64,000 bases of DNA from the NCBI GenBank assembly GCA_045047115.1, contig JASFYR010000014.1, forward strand, positions 32,001 to 96,000, read 5' to 3'. Shown here in pieces: positions 1-11,011 of this stretch (positions are counted from its first letter, which is position 1; the number at the start of each line of letters is the position of its first letter). Under the pieces are notes generated by a model, which did not search any database, had not been told where the DNA came from, and was given only the letters and a program-made list of their open reading frames with translations. Position numbers and translations under genes: made by a program. This DNA is from Sulfurospirillum sp. Its GTDB lineage: Bacteria > Campylobacterota > Campylobacteria > Campylobacterales > Sulfurospirillaceae.

Positions 1-2
1 TA

Positions 3-497
3 GTAAATGAAGCAAAAGGGACTTTGGAACAAAATATAACCCGTGATGAAAATAAAACTCAAGTGCTTGTGGATATAAACAAAAGTATCGGTGTCGAAGT
101 AAATGCAACAAGCAGTATAAAAATAGATGAAACAAATAATTCAGTGTTTAATACAGGACAAGAGTTAAACATCTCTGTCGTTAAAAAAAACAGAACAGAC
201 AACTTCAAAGCAGAAAAAAAAGATGCTTATATTTCACCAAATGCAAAACTTTGGGTGGGCGTAATCTATCTTGACAACTTCAAAAGAAAATCATTTTTGG
301 GAAAAAATAATTTTGTTTTGGATGCATCAAGAGATCAGCTTGTCACAACCGGACATGGAAACTTTACACTCTATTTTAATGGAGAGATTAAAAAGTTTCA
401 ATCGCAAAATCCTATTAGATTGCTTATCAAAAACGCTGAAGTATCAGTCATAACGGATAAACAATTTAAAGCATTAAACAGAGGCTCACTTTGGTAA
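3..497 (+). CDS. Hypothetical protein, C-terminal part (5' end outside window)
   Basis: Frame is open from position 3 to the stop at 497 and overlaps the next gene start. Position matches the conserved hypothetical upstream of the aminotransferase-hom operon. Confidence 0.7.
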   Translation, partial: VNEAKGTLEQNITRDENKTQVLVDINKSIGVEVNATSSIKIDETNNSVFNTGQELNISVVKKNRTDNFKAEKKDAYISPNAKLWVGVIYLDNFKRKSFLGKNNFVLDASRDQLVTTGHGNFTLYFNGEIKKFQSQNPIRLLIKNAEVSVITDKQFKALNRGSLW

Positions 498-1312
498 AGT
501 ATATTGTTTCTATCTTTTTTACATCTGTTTTGCTTTTCGCAAATTTGCAAGATAAGATAGAAAATTTTATATCTCCAGGAGAGTATGCAAAACAGGAAAA
601 TCTGCTAAAAGTGCTTTTTAGAGATAGTAATAGTTTTTACAGGGTGAGTGATGGCAATGTAGATAGTCTTAAAGTTATAAAAGTTTTAGAAGATAACGGC
701 CTGTTTAAGCTTTTTTATGCTAATCCCATAACTCTAAAAGTGAAGTTTGTAACCAGGAAAAACCCACTGATTTTTATGAAAGTGATCAAAGAATCACTGG
801 AGTCGATAGGGTATAACTATTTTTTAACAACAAGAGCTACAAAAAAAGAGAATGAATTTGTATGGATCATAAATTTAAAAACAAAACATCTCATAAACCC
901 TATTCTTTTTTCACAAGAGCTGAAGAAAAGAGGTTGTGTGGTAAAAGATATAGAAAAGTACGGGGATAATCTATGGGTATACAAGATCAATTCTGATGAT
1001 GCTAGACTCAATGCAAAAAAAGTTGATATAGATACAAGTACTAAACTCAAGAAACCAATCGAGCCATATTTGATATACGCTAATAATGCTGTAAAGATAA
1101 AAATCAAAACAAGCTTTAGTGATCACTGGTATCCATCTGTGATTTTTCTAGATAGTGCTCTACATGTGGTATCACAAACAAAGATAGATAGTAGAACATA
1201 TGTTTTAAAATTAGATATACCGCCAAACAGTAAATACATAAGAATTGCAGATATGTACACGCTGGATAATATAAAACACGGTCTATCCATATACCTAAAA
1301 AGCGGAGAATGA
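491..1312 (+). CDS. Exported/periplasmic hypothetical protein
   Basis: 273-aa ORF with signal-peptide-like N-terminus (VSIFFTSVLLFA), translationally coupled on both sides. Confidence 0.8.
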   Translation: MVKYIVSIFFTSVLLFANLQDKIENFISPGEYAKQENLLKVLFRDSNSFYRVSDGNVDSLKVIKVLEDNGLFKLFYANPITLKVKFVTRKNPLIFMKVIKESLESIGYNYFLTTRATKKENEFVWIINLKTKHLINPILFSQELKKRGCVVKDIEKYGDNLWVYKINSDDARLNAKKVDIDTSTKLKKPIEPYLIYANNAVKIKIKTSFSDHWYPSVIFLDSALHVVSQTKIDSRTYVLKLDIPPNSKYIRIADMYTLDNIKHGLSIYLKSGE

Positions 1313-2526
1313 AAATGTTCGATGAGATAAGATTTAATACAATAGAGAGATTACCAAATTATGTTTTTGCCGAGATAAATGAGATAAAATTAAAGGCAAG
1401 AAGAGCCGGAGAGGATATCATAGATTTTTCTATGGGAAATCCTGATGGCAGAACTCCACAACACATTATAGAAAAACTTATAGAGTCAGTCGATAAAGAT
1501 AAGACACACGGTTATAGTGTGAGTAAAGGTATATATAAATTAAGATTGGCTATTTGTAATTGGTATAAAAGAAGGTATGGTGTGGATTTGGATCCAAATG
1601 GTGAAGCAGTTGCTACACTTGGTAGTAAAGAGGGTTATGTTCACCTTGCCCAGGCCATCACCAATCCCGGTGATGTGGCGATAGTGCCGGATCCTGCCTA
1701 TCCTATACACTCTCAGGCTTTTATACTTGCAGGCGGAAATATCCACAAAATGGGCTTGGATTTCAATGAAGATTTTGAGCTCGATGTAGAAAAATTTTTC
1801 TATAAATTGAAAAAATCTTTTAGAGATTCAGCCCCAAAGCCAAAGTTTGTAGTAGTTAATTTTCCTCATAATCCGACAACAGTCACTGTCCAAAAGTCAT
1901 TTTATGAAAGATTGGTGGCTTATGCAAAAGAGGAGAGGTTTTATATCATCAGCGATATTGCTTATGCGGATATAACATTTGATGGATATAAAACCCCGTC
2001 TATCTTTGAAGTTGAAGGTGCGAAGGATGTAGCCGTAGAGAGTACAACTTTGTCAAAAAGTTATAATATGGCAGGTTGGAGAGTTGGATTTTTTGTAGGA
2101 AATCCAAAACTCATAGGCGCATTACAAAAGATAAAATCCTGGTTTGACTATGGTATGTTTACTCCTATCCAAGTTGCTTCTACTGTGGCACTTGATGGAC
2201 CTCAAGAGTGTGTGGGTGAAATCATAGAAGTTTATAAAAAAAGAAGAGATGTATTGATAGAGAGTTTTAAAAATGCAGGTTGGGATATGGGAAGACCAAA
2301 AGCAACCATGTTTGTTTGGGCAAAGATACCACAAGTTGCATCCCATCTAGGAAGTATGGAATTTTCAAAACAGCTTTTAAAAGAGGCAAAAATTGCGGTG
2401 AGTCCGGGGATTGGTTTTGGTGAGCATGGTGATGGTTATGTAAGAGTTGCTTTGATAGAAAATGAAAATAGAATCAGGCAAGCAGCCAGAAATGTAAAAA
2501 AATATTTAAAGAGTTTAGAAAAATGA
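1309..2526 (+). CDS. Class I PLP aminotransferase (AlaC / LL-diaminopimelate aminotransferase-like)
   Basis: Motifs RLPNYVF, NFPHNPT, DIAY and SKSYNMAGWRVG (PLP lysine). Confidence 0.9.
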   Translation: MKMFDEIRFNTIERLPNYVFAEINEIKLKARRAGEDIIDFSMGNPDGRTPQHIIEKLIESVDKDKTHGYSVSKGIYKLRLAICNWYKRRYGVDLDPNGEAVATLGSKEGYVHLAQAITNPGDVAIVPDPAYPIHSQAFILAGGNIHKMGLDFNEDFELDVEKFFYKLKKSFRDSAPKPKFVVVNFPHNPTTVTVQKSFYERLVAYAKEERFYIISDIAYADITFDGYKTPSIFEVEGAKDVAVESTTLSKSYNMAGWRVGFFVGNPKLIGALQKIKSWFDYGMFTPIQVASTVALDGPQECVGEIIEVYKKRRDVLIESFKNAGWDMGRPKATMFVWAKIPQVASHLGSMEFSKQLLKEAKIAVSPGIGFGEHGDGYVRVALIENENRIRQAARNVKKYLKSLEK

Positions 2527-3791
2527 TAAAAGTAGGAATCGTAGGTGTAGGAACAGTCGGAAGCAGTGTTGTAAAAATTTTACAAAAAAACAGAGATATA
2601 ATCACAGCTCGAGCTGGAAAAGAGATAACTCCGGTTTTAGGTGTTGTGAAAAATCTAGGCAAAGACAGAGGTTTAGATATGCCTTTGAGCAATGATGTTG
2701 ATGATATTTTGAACGATGAGAGCATTGATGTGGTGGTGGAACTCATGGGTGGCGTTGATGAAGCTTTTAAAGTAGTGAAAAAAGCTTTGGGAAAAGGCAA
2801 AGCAGTTGTGACAGCAAATAAAGCAATGCTCGCATACCATAGATATGAATTACAACAAAGTGCAAATAGACAAGCGATTGGATTTGAAGCCAGTGTGGCT
2901 GGCGGAATCCCTATAATCAAAGCTTTACGCGAGGGTTTAAGCGCAAATCATATAAACTCTATAAAAGGCATAATGAATGGTACTTGTAACTATATGCTTA
3001 CAAAAATGATGAATGAAGGCGTAGAGTTTGATGAGATACTAAAAGAGGCTCAAGAGCTTGGATATGCTGAAGCCGATCCGTCATTTGATGTCGGTGGATA
3101 TGACGCTGCCCATAAACTCCTGATTTTGGCTAGCATCGCTTATGGAATAGATGCTAAACCTGAAGATATCCTGATAGAAGGCATAGAAAATATAAATAGC
3201 GAAGATATATTTTTTGCAAATGAATTTGGTTACAATATAAAGCTGCTTACTATTGCAAAAAAGAGTGGTGACAGCGTTGAATTAAGAGTCCACCCGGCTC
3301 TCATTCGCAAAAGTGAAATGATAGCCAAAGTCGATGGAGTTATGAATGGAGTGAGTGTAATCGGAGATTTTGTTGGAGAGACTATGTATTATGGTCCGGG
3401 AGCCGGTGGAGATGCAACAGCAAGTTCTGTGATAGCAGATATCATAGATATAGTAAGAAATGGCAACAACTCTCCAATGCTAGGTTTTAAAAAGATTTTA
3501 AAAAATGATGTACTGAGACTTAAAAATGCAGATGAAATATTTACAAAATATTATGTTAGAGTTGAGGTTGAGGATAAAATCGGAGTTTTATCTAAAATTT
3601 CTACTATACTAGGCGAGCATGATATATCTATCAACAGTTTTTTGCAAAAACAGAGTGCAAATGCTAAAAATGCCATTCTTCTTTTTTCGACACACCAGTG
3701 TTATGAAAAAAATATCCAAAATGCTATCAAGGAGATAAGTACTTGCGAGTTTGTGAAAATTTATCCCTCAATGATTAGAATTGAAGAGTAG
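2523..3791 (+). CDS. hom: Homoserine dehydrogenase with C-terminal ACT domain
   Basis: GVGTVG Rossmann motif, VVTANK, EASVAGGIP, NGTCNY, GPGAGG. Confidence 0.97.
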   Translation: MIKVGIVGVGTVGSSVVKILQKNRDIITARAGKEITPVLGVVKNLGKDRGLDMPLSNDVDDILNDESIDVVVELMGGVDEAFKVVKKALGKGKAVVTANKAMLAYHRYELQQSANRQAIGFEASVAGGIPIIKALREGLSANHINSIKGIMNGTCNYMLTKMMNEGVEFDEILKEAQELGYAEADPSFDVGGYDAAHKLLILASIAYGIDAKPEDILIEGIENINSEDIFFANEFGYNIKLLTIAKKSGDSVELRVHPALIRKSEMIAKVDGVMNGVSVIGDFVGETMYYGPGAGGDATASSVIADIIDIVRNGNNSPMLGFKKILKNDVLRLKNADEIFTKYYVRVEVEDKIGVLSKISTILGEHDISINSFLQKQSANAKNAILLFSTHQCYEKNIQNAIKEISTCEFVKIYPSMIRIEE

Positions 3792-4118
3792 ATGAGTCTG
3801 AAAATTGGTTTAAGTGCTGAAGATAAAGTTGTAGATCTTTTAGTAAAAAATGGCTATAAAATTATAAAAAGAAATTTTCACTCAAAGTTTGGCGAGATAG
3901 ATATAATTGTAAAAAAAGATGGAGTTTTGAGTTTTGTTGAAGTAAAATATTCGCAAAATTACAATCCCGCTTACAGAATTACGCCAACAAAAATGAAAAA
4001 AATTATAAAAACTATTGACTATTTTTTTATGCTAAACAATGTTGATGAAGAGTACCAGATAAACGCAGCTTTAGTGACCCCGGAGGGGATAGAAATCGTA
4101 GAGAATATTGGGTTTTAA
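3792..4118 (+). CDS. YraN family (UPF0102) putative nuclease
   Basis: RNF..KFGEIDII...FVEVK PD-(D/E)xK signature. Confidence 0.9.
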   Translation: MSLKIGLSAEDKVVDLLVKNGYKIIKRNFHSKFGEIDIIVKKDGVLSFVEVKYSQNYNPAYRITPTKMKKIIKTIDYFFMLNNVDEEYQINAALVTPEGIEIVENIGF

Positions 4119-4162
4119 AAGAACTAAAAATTATATCTATGGTTATTTTAAAGATACTATTT

Positions 4163-4169
4163 GTATAAT
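4163..4169 (+). promoter_or_regulatory. Putative sigma70 -10 box (GTATAAT) for trxA
   Basis: TATAAT about 70 bp upstream of the trxA ATG, with AT-rich upstream sequence typical of Campylobacterota promoters. Confidence 0.5.
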
Positions 4170-4237
4170 ATCACCTTTAAATAAATTAAAACTGATTTTT
4201 GCATACTTTGCGTAAGGTCAGTTTATAGGAGAATATA

Positions 4238-4555
4238 ATGGGGAAATATATAGAGTTAAATGCATCAAATTTTGATAGCACAGTTAGTGAAGGCGTGGCT
4301 TTAGTTGATTTTTGGGCTCCATGGTGTGGACCTTGCAGAATGATAGCTCCGGTTATCGAAGAGTTAGCAGGGGATTATGATGGAAAAGCAAAAATCTGTA
4401 AAGTAAATACAGATGAAGAGCAAGATATAGCCGTAAAATATGGTATAAGATCAATTCCTACAATTCTATTTTTCAAAAATGGTGAATTGGTTGATCAAAT
4501 GATCGGTGCATCTTCGAAACAAGTTTTAGCCGATAAGATTGATTCATATCTATAA
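4238..4555 (+). CDS. trxA: Thioredoxin
   Basis: WCGPC active site and SIPT cis-Pro loop. Confidence 0.97.
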   Translation: MGKYIELNASNFDSTVSEGVALVDFWAPWCGPCRMIAPVIEELAGDYDGKAKICKVNTDEEQDIAVKYGIRSIPTILFFKNGELVDQMIGASSKQVLADKIDSYL

Positions 4556-4595
4556 TGACTACAATCTTTTTTTATAAAAAAAGAAAGATTTTCAA

Positions 4596-5042
4596 ATGAG
4601 AGGGGGGAGAAAAATCTTCTCCCTGAACTATCTTTTTGCTTCATTTTTTGGTGCCTTGATGATTGCTGGCGCTTTCGCATACTTTAATTATCGTTTTTCT
4701 GAGTATAAATTTATAGATTTTGGTCGTTGGATTTATTATGAGAAGAGTGATATATTTATCCCAAAAGCTCAAAAATACACCATTGTGATTTATAGCTCAA
4801 ATATGCAAGATATTAATCAGGTTTTACAAAAAATTAATAGATCAAATCCTATAATTGCAGTAGATTTGTATCAAAAAAGAAGAGGCAAAAAGGCTGATGT
4901 GATATATCTGACATCAGGAATGAATACACTCTTAAAGTTAATACAAAGATTTAATATCTATGAAGTTCCAAGTGCTTTTAGGATAAAAAAATTCAAAAAA
5001 CTACTATACAAGCAAGATAGTATGATAGAAGTGATAAAATAA
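4596..5042 (+). CDS. Membrane-anchored hypothetical protein, possibly a degenerate thioredoxin fold
   Basis: N-terminal TM helix, FNIYEVP segment resembling a cis-Pro loop, no cysteines. Confidence 0.7.
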   Translation: MRGGRKIFSLNYLFASFFGALMIAGAFAYFNYRFSEYKFIDFGRWIYYEKSDIFIPKAQKYTIVIYSSNMQDINQVLQKINRSNPIIAVDLYQKRRGKKADVIYLTSGMNTLLKLIQRFNIYEVPSAFRIKKFKKLLYKQDSMIEVIK

Positions 5043-5061
5043 TAAACGATAAGGATATAAA

Positions 5062-5994
5062 ATGTTAGATTTAGCGATAATCGGTGGCGGGCCAGCTGGT
5101 CTTACTGCCGGACTTTATGCAACACGAGGCGGCTTAAAAGAGGTTGCTATGTTTGAAAAAGGTATGCCAGGAGGCCAAATAACAAGTAGTAGTGAGATAG
5201 AAAATTATCCAGGAATTCCCGAGGTTATGAGTGGAATGGATATGATGCAACACTGGCCTGAGCAGTGTATGAGATTTGGTCTGAAACACAGAATGGAAGA
5301 GGTGAGTCTCGTATCCAAGAGAGATGATGGCATCTTTGAGGTTTCACTGCTTGGTGGTGAGATAGTCGAAGCTAAAAGTGTAGTTGTATGTACAGGAAGT
5401 ACGCCTAGAAGATCAGGTGTAAAAGGTGAGAGCCTCTTTTTTGGAAGAGGTGTCAGTACTTGTGCTACATGTGATGGATTTTTTTATAAAAACCAAGAGG
5501 TTGCAGTACTTGGTGGTGGTGATACAGCACTAGAAGAAGCACTCTACCTTGCAAACATATGCTCAAAAGTCTATCTTATTCACAGAAGAGATGAATTTCG
5601 AGCAAGTCCTGTAACTGTAGAAAAAGTGAAAAAGAGTCAAAAAATTGAGTTGGTATTGAATTCGGTTGTTGATGAAATAGTCGGTGATGATAGCGGAGTA
5701 AATGGTATTTTTGTAAAAGACAAACATGGTAATAAAAGAGATTTGAGAGTTCCCGGAATTTTTGTATTTGTAGGTATGGATGTAAACAATCAAATACTTA
5801 TGCGTCAAGACGGTACCCCTTTGTGCAAGTTGAGTGAAAATGGAAATGTTATAGTAGATCTTAAGATGCATACTTCTGTAAAAGGACTTTTTGCAGCCGG
5901 AGATTTGAGAGTAGATGCATCAAAACAGGTAGTATGTGCCGCAGGTGATGGTGCAACTGCCGGAATTCAAGCTTTGGAGTATGCAAATGAGTAG
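5062..5994 (+). CDS. trxB: Thioredoxin reductase
   Basis: GGGPAG, CATCDG, GGGDTA, FAAGD motifs. Confidence 0.97.
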   Translation: MLDLAIIGGGPAGLTAGLYATRGGLKEVAMFEKGMPGGQITSSSEIENYPGIPEVMSGMDMMQHWPEQCMRFGLKHRMEEVSLVSKRDDGIFEVSLLGGEIVEAKSVVVCTGSTPRRSGVKGESLFFGRGVSTCATCDGFFYKNQEVAVLGGGDTALEEALYLANICSKVYLIHRRDEFRASPVTVEKVKKSQKIELVLNSVVDEIVGDDSGVNGIFVKDKHGNKRDLRVPGIFVFVGMDVNNQILMRQDGTPLCKLSENGNVIVDLKMHTSVKGLFAAGDLRVDASKQVVCAAGDGATAGIQALEYANE

Positions 5995-6769
5995 TGAGAA
6001 TTTTATGAAAGTCGGAATTCATGGCTCAACCGGAAGAGTCGGACATCTACTGATAGAAAATCTAAAAAATGATGAAACAGCAAGACCTCATATGCTTCAT
6101 GCCATAGAGAAGTTTTCTTTTGGGATTCCGCAAGACTCTGTGGTAACCGAATCTTACGAAGAGTTGTTTGAAAATAGTGATGTTGTGATAGATTTTACGA
6201 TAGCATTTGCAACAGAGACACTACTTGAGGCTGCGCTTGAACATCCGACACCTTTAGTTATAGGGACGACTGGACTAAGCGTGCATCAGCAAAACCTGCT
6301 TGAAGAGGCTTCCGGGCTTATGCCTATATTGTATTCAACAAATATGTCTTTGGGCGTAGCTGTCTTAAACAAACTAGTCTCTCTAGCTTCTTCTGCCCTT
6401 GCTGATTTTGATATAGAGATAGTAGAGCAACATCACAGATACAAAAAAGATGCCCCTAGCGGAACAGCTATGACTTTGGGTGAGCATGCAGCAAAAGCGA
6501 GAGGCTTAGAACTTGAAAAAGTAAGAGTTAGCGGAAGAAATGGTTTGATTGGTGAGAGAAGTAAAGATGAGATAGCTATCATGGCGCTTCGTGGCGGTGA
6601 TATTGTAGGCAGGCATACGGTTGGATTTTATAATGATGGAGAATTTTTGGAGTTGAATCATACTGCGACAAGTAGAGATACATTTGCCAAAGGGGCTCTG
6701 AGGGCTGCAAAATGGATAGTAAACCAAAAAAATGGCCTATATAGTATAAACGACTGTTTGGGTCTCTAA
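5987..6769 (+). CDS. dapB: 4-hydroxy-tetrahydrodipicolinate reductase
   Basis: [27 protein letters not shown]. Start is 5987 or 6005. Confidence 0.95.
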   Translation: MSSENFMKVGIHGSTGRVGHLLIENLKNDETARPHMLHAIEKFSFGIPQDSVVTESYEELFENSDVVIDFTIAFATETLLEAALEHPTPLVIGTTGLSVHQQNLLEEASGLMPILYSTNMSLGVAVLNKLVSLASSALADFDIEIVEQHHRYKKDAPSGTAMTLGEHAAKARGLELEKVRVSGRNGLIGERSKDEIAIMALRGGDIVGRHTVGFYNDGEFLELNHTATSRDTFAKGALRAAKWIVNQKNGLYSINDCLGL

Positions 6770-6779
6770 AGGATATAAG

Positions 6780-8117
6780 ATGTGTGCGATAGTTGGTGTA
6801 TTTGGATCTAGTGAGGCTTCCAGAATTGCGTATTATTCACTCTTCGCGATGCAACATCGTGGACAGGAAGCTACTGGCATAAGCGCAAGTGATGGAAAAA
6901 AACTCACTAAGATAAAAAAAAAGGGTTTGGTTACTGAAGTTTTTGATGAAGTTGCTCTGAAACATCTAGTGGGTGATATGGCTATCGGACACAATAGATA
7001 CTCGACTGCAGGAAGCAAGTCTGTCATAGATGCTCAGCCTATATATGCTAATTACAAGCTTGGAGAAATAGCGGTTGCACACAATGGAAATCTCATAAAT
7101 GGTAAAGAGATAAAGAAAATGCTTATAGATGAGGGTGCAATTTTTCAATCTGATATGGATACGGAAAATATCATTCATTTGATAGCCAGAAGCCATAAAG
7201 AGCATCTTAAAGACAGGATTATTGAGGCACTGAATGTTATAAAAGGTGCTTATTGTCTGGTAATTCAAGGGCGAAATAAGATTTTTGCGATAAGAGACAG
7301 ATATGGTGTCAGACCTTTTGCTTTAGGACAACTCGAAGATGGAGGCTACATTGTTTCAAGCGAAACCTGTGCTTTTGATTTGGTTGGAGCAAAATTTATA
7401 AGAGATGTAAGACCTGGCGAGATGATTATTTTCGATAAAGCAAAAGAGGGATTTGAAAGTATCCAGCTTTTTGAGCCGGATCCAAGAATCTGTGCATTTG
7501 AGTATATATATTTTGCAAGACCTGATAGTGTGATAGAGGGTAAAAGTGTATATGCAGTGCGTCAAGAGATGGGCCGTGCGATGGCTAGAGAAAACCAAAT
7601 TGAAGCAGATTTGGTTATTCCCGTACCAGATAGTGGTGTTAGTGCCGCACTTGGTTATGCCAAAGAGAGTGGTATTTCCTTTGAGATGGGGATAGTGAGA
7701 AATCATTATGTCGGAAGAACTTTTATAGAGCCTACGCAGGCTAGAAGAGATATGAAAGTGAAACTCAAACTCTCTCCCATAAGCTCTTTACTGAAAGGTA
7801 AAAAGATAGTAGTCATAGATGACAGTCTTGTTAGAGGCACAACCGCAAAAAGAATCATTAAGATACTAAAAGATGCCGGAGCAAAAGAGGTGCACATGTG
7901 TATCACTTCTCCTACAATTGAACATCCTTGCAGATATGGTATAGATACCCCAAGTTATGAAGAGCTTATAAGTGCAAATATGAGTGTTGAAGAAATCAGA
8001 GCCTACATAAAAGCGGATTCTCTGAACTTTTTAAGTATAGAGTCTCTGGTTAAAAGCATAGGGGATGAGAGAAAATACTCACTTGTAAGTTTTGATGGGG
8101 ATTATTTTATCAGTTAA
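6780..8117 (+). CDS. purF: Amidophosphoribosyltransferase
   Basis: N-terminal MC, QHRGQE, RYSTAG, PRPP loop VVIDDSLVRGTT. Confidence 0.97.
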   Translation: MCAIVGVFGSSEASRIAYYSLFAMQHRGQEATGISASDGKKLTKIKKKGLVTEVFDEVALKHLVGDMAIGHNRYSTAGSKSVIDAQPIYANYKLGEIAVAHNGNLINGKEIKKMLIDEGAIFQSDMDTENIIHLIARSHKEHLKDRIIEALNVIKGAYCLVIQGRNKIFAIRDRYGVRPFALGQLEDGGYIVSSETCAFDLVGAKFIRDVRPGEMIIFDKAKEGFESIQLFEPDPRICAFEYIYFARPDSVIEGKSVYAVRQEMGRAMARENQIEADLVIPVPDSGVSAALGYAKESGISFEMGIVRNHYVGRTFIEPTQARRDMKVKLKLSPISSLLKGKKIVVIDDSLVRGTTAKRIIKILKDAGAKEVHMCITSPTIEHPCRYGIDTPSYEELISANMSVEEIRAYIKADSLNFLSIESLVKSIGDERKYSLVSFDGDYFIS

Positions 8118-8666
8118 TCATCTGCAATATAACTTATATATAAGTCTGGGTTTTACAAAATAGGGCGGGTATCTCATAGACGCACTGAAGTTTCTTAGTT
8201 CATCTACCTTTAGATTTTTAGCTATCAGAAAATCTTTCGTTATCGTAGATTGTTTTTCGTTGCCGTCTATTTTATTTGTTAAAAAACCAAGACCGGTAGT
8301 TGGTTTATACACTGCTGAGCCATTCAAATTACCGGATTCTATGGCATTATTTACCAGTTTGACATGTAGAAAACATTTTGATATGCCAAATTTTCCAATA
8401 TTTCTGATTCTTCCCGATATGATAAAAGACTCACTGATTAAAACTCTTGTATGGGTTACATCTTCGAGTCTTGCTTTTTTGGTATATTTATCAAGAACAA
8501 ACATAGAAAAAACTGCCAGGGTCGATATAACTAAGAAATTAGAAAAAATCATGGCAATTAATACTTTTTTTCTTGTCTCTTTGAGAGATAAAATAAGCAA
8601 AATTATAAATAAGATAAAAAAGATGACAAGAGTGATGATATGCACAATTGTAAAGTATGAAATCAT
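8118..8666 (-). CDS. DUF2393-like membrane protein
   Basis: Two N-terminal TM helices, a beta-rich C-domain and a terminal Cys. Paired with the neighbouring paralog. Confidence 0.7.
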   Translation of the reverse strand: MISYFTIVHIITLVIFFILFIILLILSLKETRKKVLIAMIFSNFLVISTLAVFSMFVLDKYTKKARLEDVTHTRVLISESFIISGRIRNIGKFGISKCFLHVKLVNNAIESGNLNGSAVYKPTTGLGFLTNKIDGNEKQSTITKDFLIAKNLKVDELRNFSASMRYPPYFVKPRLIYKLYCR

Positions 8667-9202
8667 CTCTTAGCTCCATAGCATTCTGCATCTACAGAGA
8701 TATTTACATCGCCTTTGTATGAAAAATTATAAAATATAGTTCTATTTTGCATAGTTTCACCAGCCTTTAACTCTCTTTTACTTAAAATCGTCCTATACTC
8801 AATTGGCTTTAGTTTATTTATAAAATTTTTAAATTTTGAGTTGGATGGTCTGTAAATTTTTGTATTTATTTGACAGAAGTTGTATGGTTTTTTTGATATA
8901 TTTTTTATGTCAGAATCAACAATCAAAGTATCCGAGAAATGTAATTTTTCGTATTTTATATGACTTACCAAAACGGGCCATATGGTTTTGTTCAAAAAGT
9001 ATTTTAGTGCAAAAGGACCAACAAAAAGCAAAACAAATGATAAAAGTATCAGTATAAGTGAAATTTTTATAGATTTTTTTATAAATAGGATAGACAAAAA
9101 AAGAAGAATTAAAAATGTCAAAAACAGCCAAATAAAAGCTATATAATCATATATGCCAAAGTGGTTTATATAGTTGAAAATTGAAAATTTTAATTCATTC
9201 AT
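8663..9202 (-). CDS. DUF2393-like membrane protein
   Basis: Two TM helices, NxSxxxxxxC segment and a C-terminal Cys. Confidence 0.7.
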   Translation of the reverse strand: MNELKFSIFNYINHFGIYDYIAFIWLFLTFLILLFLSILFIKKSIKISLILILLSFVLLFVGPFALKYFLNKTIWPVLVSHIKYEKLHFSDTLIVDSDIKNISKKPYNFCQINTKIYRPSNSKFKNFINKLKPIEYRTILSKRELKAGETMQNRTIFYNFSYKGDVNISVDAECYGAKR

Positions 9203-9878
9203 TATTTCTGCTGTTTTTCTCCTCTATTCCGCTTAGTCCAAATCTTCTTTTAAGCTCTTGTTTTACTAGGTCTGGATTGATATCTGCATATCCAAGTGTG
9301 ACGAGTGTGTGAAATACTAAATCAGCTGCTTCATACACAATCTCTTTTTTATCTTTGTCTTTTACTGCAAAGCAGAACTCACCTGCCTCTTCAACAACTT
9401 TTTTCAGTATAGAGTTTTCACCTTTTCTAAAGAGTGATGCAACATAAGATTTTTTTGGATCTGCACTTTTGCGCTCCATTATAACATGGTAGAGAGTATC
9501 ACTTATGCTATATGAATCAATCACCTCTTCGATGGGAGGTAACTTCGTTGTGATATCAACTCTGTTAAAAAAGCAAGAGTACCTACCGGTATGACAAGCA
9601 ACCCCGTTTTGTTTTACTTTATACAGAAGAGTATCGCTGTCACAATCAAGATATATCTCTTCTATCTCTTGCGTATGACCACTTTGCTCACCTTTTTTCC
9701 AGAGTTTTTGTCTGCTTCTTGAGTAGTAGTGGGCAAATTTTGTCTTCAAGCTTAACTCAAGTGCTTCTTTGTTTGCATAGGCCAGCATCAACACTTTCCC
9801 GTTATCGCTCTCTTGTGCGATAACGGGAATTAGAGGATTTTTATCCCAGTTTATACTATTTAATAACTCTTGATCCAC
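9195..9878 (-). CDS. hisIE: Bifunctional phosphoribosyl-AMP cyclohydrolase / phosphoribosyl-ATP pyrophosphatase
   Basis: [36 protein letters not shown]. Confidence 0.95.
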   Translation of the reverse strand: MDQELLNSINWDKNPLIPVIAQESDNGKVLMLAYANKEALELSLKTKFAHYYSRSRQKLWKKGEQSGHTQEIEEIYLDCDSDTLLYKVKQNGVACHTGRYSCFFNRVDITTKLPPIEEVIDSYSISDTLYHVIMERKSADPKKSYVASLFRKGENSILKKVVEEAGEFCFAVKDKDKKEIVYEAADLVFHTLVTLGYADINPDLVKQELKRRFGLSGIEEKNSRNNE

Positions 9879-9886
9879 TTAAATTC

Positions 9887-10972
9887 CTATTTGTTTATGC
9901 TTGTCATTTGCTTGTTGTTTTTAGTATCAACCCAGATATTTGGAACAGCACCACCAGGAGTCAGGAAGATTTTTGCATCTTTGTTAACCTGTAAAGCGTC
10001 ATTAAACTTACCCTGAACTTCTATCTGTTTTAGCTGCAATAAGTTTGGAGTTATACTCTTTGCAATTTCAATATTTGCATATGCATCTGCATCTGCTTCT
10101 ATTTTGACTGCATTTGCTTGCCCTTGTGCTTTTATCTTTCTTGCATTTGCTGCTCCTGTTGCTATAGCTGCAGCTTTTTTAGCCTCTTGATTTGCTCTTT
10201 CAACCTCATATTTAGTTCGTTCAGCCTCTTGTTTAGCTATCTGTACTCTCTCTATCTGGTCTTTTATCTTTTGAGGCAATATGATATTTCTTAACTGAAC
10301 TGTTAAGAGTTGTACCGGATGACCAGGCTGGGCATCTATATTTTTTCTAATTTGTTGGTCGATTTTTAGAGCAATTGCATTTCTTTGTACGGGTAGCTCT
10401 TCCGCAGGATATTGACCTACAACATTTCTTGTCACATCTCTAACTACAGGATTTATGATTTTGTCTTCCCATGCAAGTCCCCATGTGGCTATAGTTTGAG
10501 GCGCAGTTGTTGGCTCCAGTTTATATTGGACTGTTAAGTCTATAGAGACAGGAAGCCCTCTTGAATCAAGTACAGATATAGCATTTTTGTTTTTTATGCC
10601 AGAGCCTCTTCTTGTCGTTTCTCTGTCTGCCCCTGATGTATAGTTCATAATTCTTACTTTTGTATCTACTATAAATATATTTTGTATAAAAGGCAGATAT
10701 AGGTGAAAACCAGGATTTAACGGAGTAGGGTCAAATTTTCCTGCTGTCGATTTTATACCCATCTCACCCGAGTTAATCACAATGAAAGGTTTGGCGATGA
10801 CTAAAATCACAACTACAGCAATCAAAACATACAAAAAACCTGCTTTTTTACCAAGATTTTTTATAAAATCCGGTGGTTCAAGATTTGGACTTGGTCGATT
10901 GTTTCCACCATTTCCGCCTCCACTGCTGTTTCCGCTCTTCTTTTTAAAATAATCATTTAGATCAACTGGCAT
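9887..10972 (-). CDS. SPFH/prohibitin family membrane protein
   Basis: Single TM helix, band-7 domain and Ala/Glu-rich coiled coil. Confidence 0.9.
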   Translation of the reverse strand: MPVDLNDYFKKKSGNSSGGGNGGNNRPSPNLEPPDFIKNLGKKAGFLYVLIAVVVILVIAKPFIVINSGEMGIKSTAGKFDPTPLNPGFHLYLPFIQNIFIVDTKVRIMNYTSGADRETTRRGSGIKNKNAISVLDSRGLPVSIDLTVQYKLEPTTAPQTIATWGLAWEDKIINPVVRDVTRNVVGQYPAEELPVQRNAIALKIDQQIRKNIDAQPGHPVQLLTVQLRNIILPQKIKDQIERVQIAKQEAERTKYEVERANQEAKKAAAIATGAANARKIKAQGQANAVKIEADADAYANIEIAKSITPNLLQLKQIEVQGKFNDALQVNKDAKIFLTPGGAVPNIWVDTKNNKQMTSINK

Positions 10973-11011
10973 TTTTTTCCTTTAAAATTTTTTGCATTCT
11001 ACATTAACTCT

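Noticed and set aside
4602..4607. Poly-G phase-variation tract
   Set aside because: Only 6 G, in frame, shorter than typical Campylobacterota contingency tracts.
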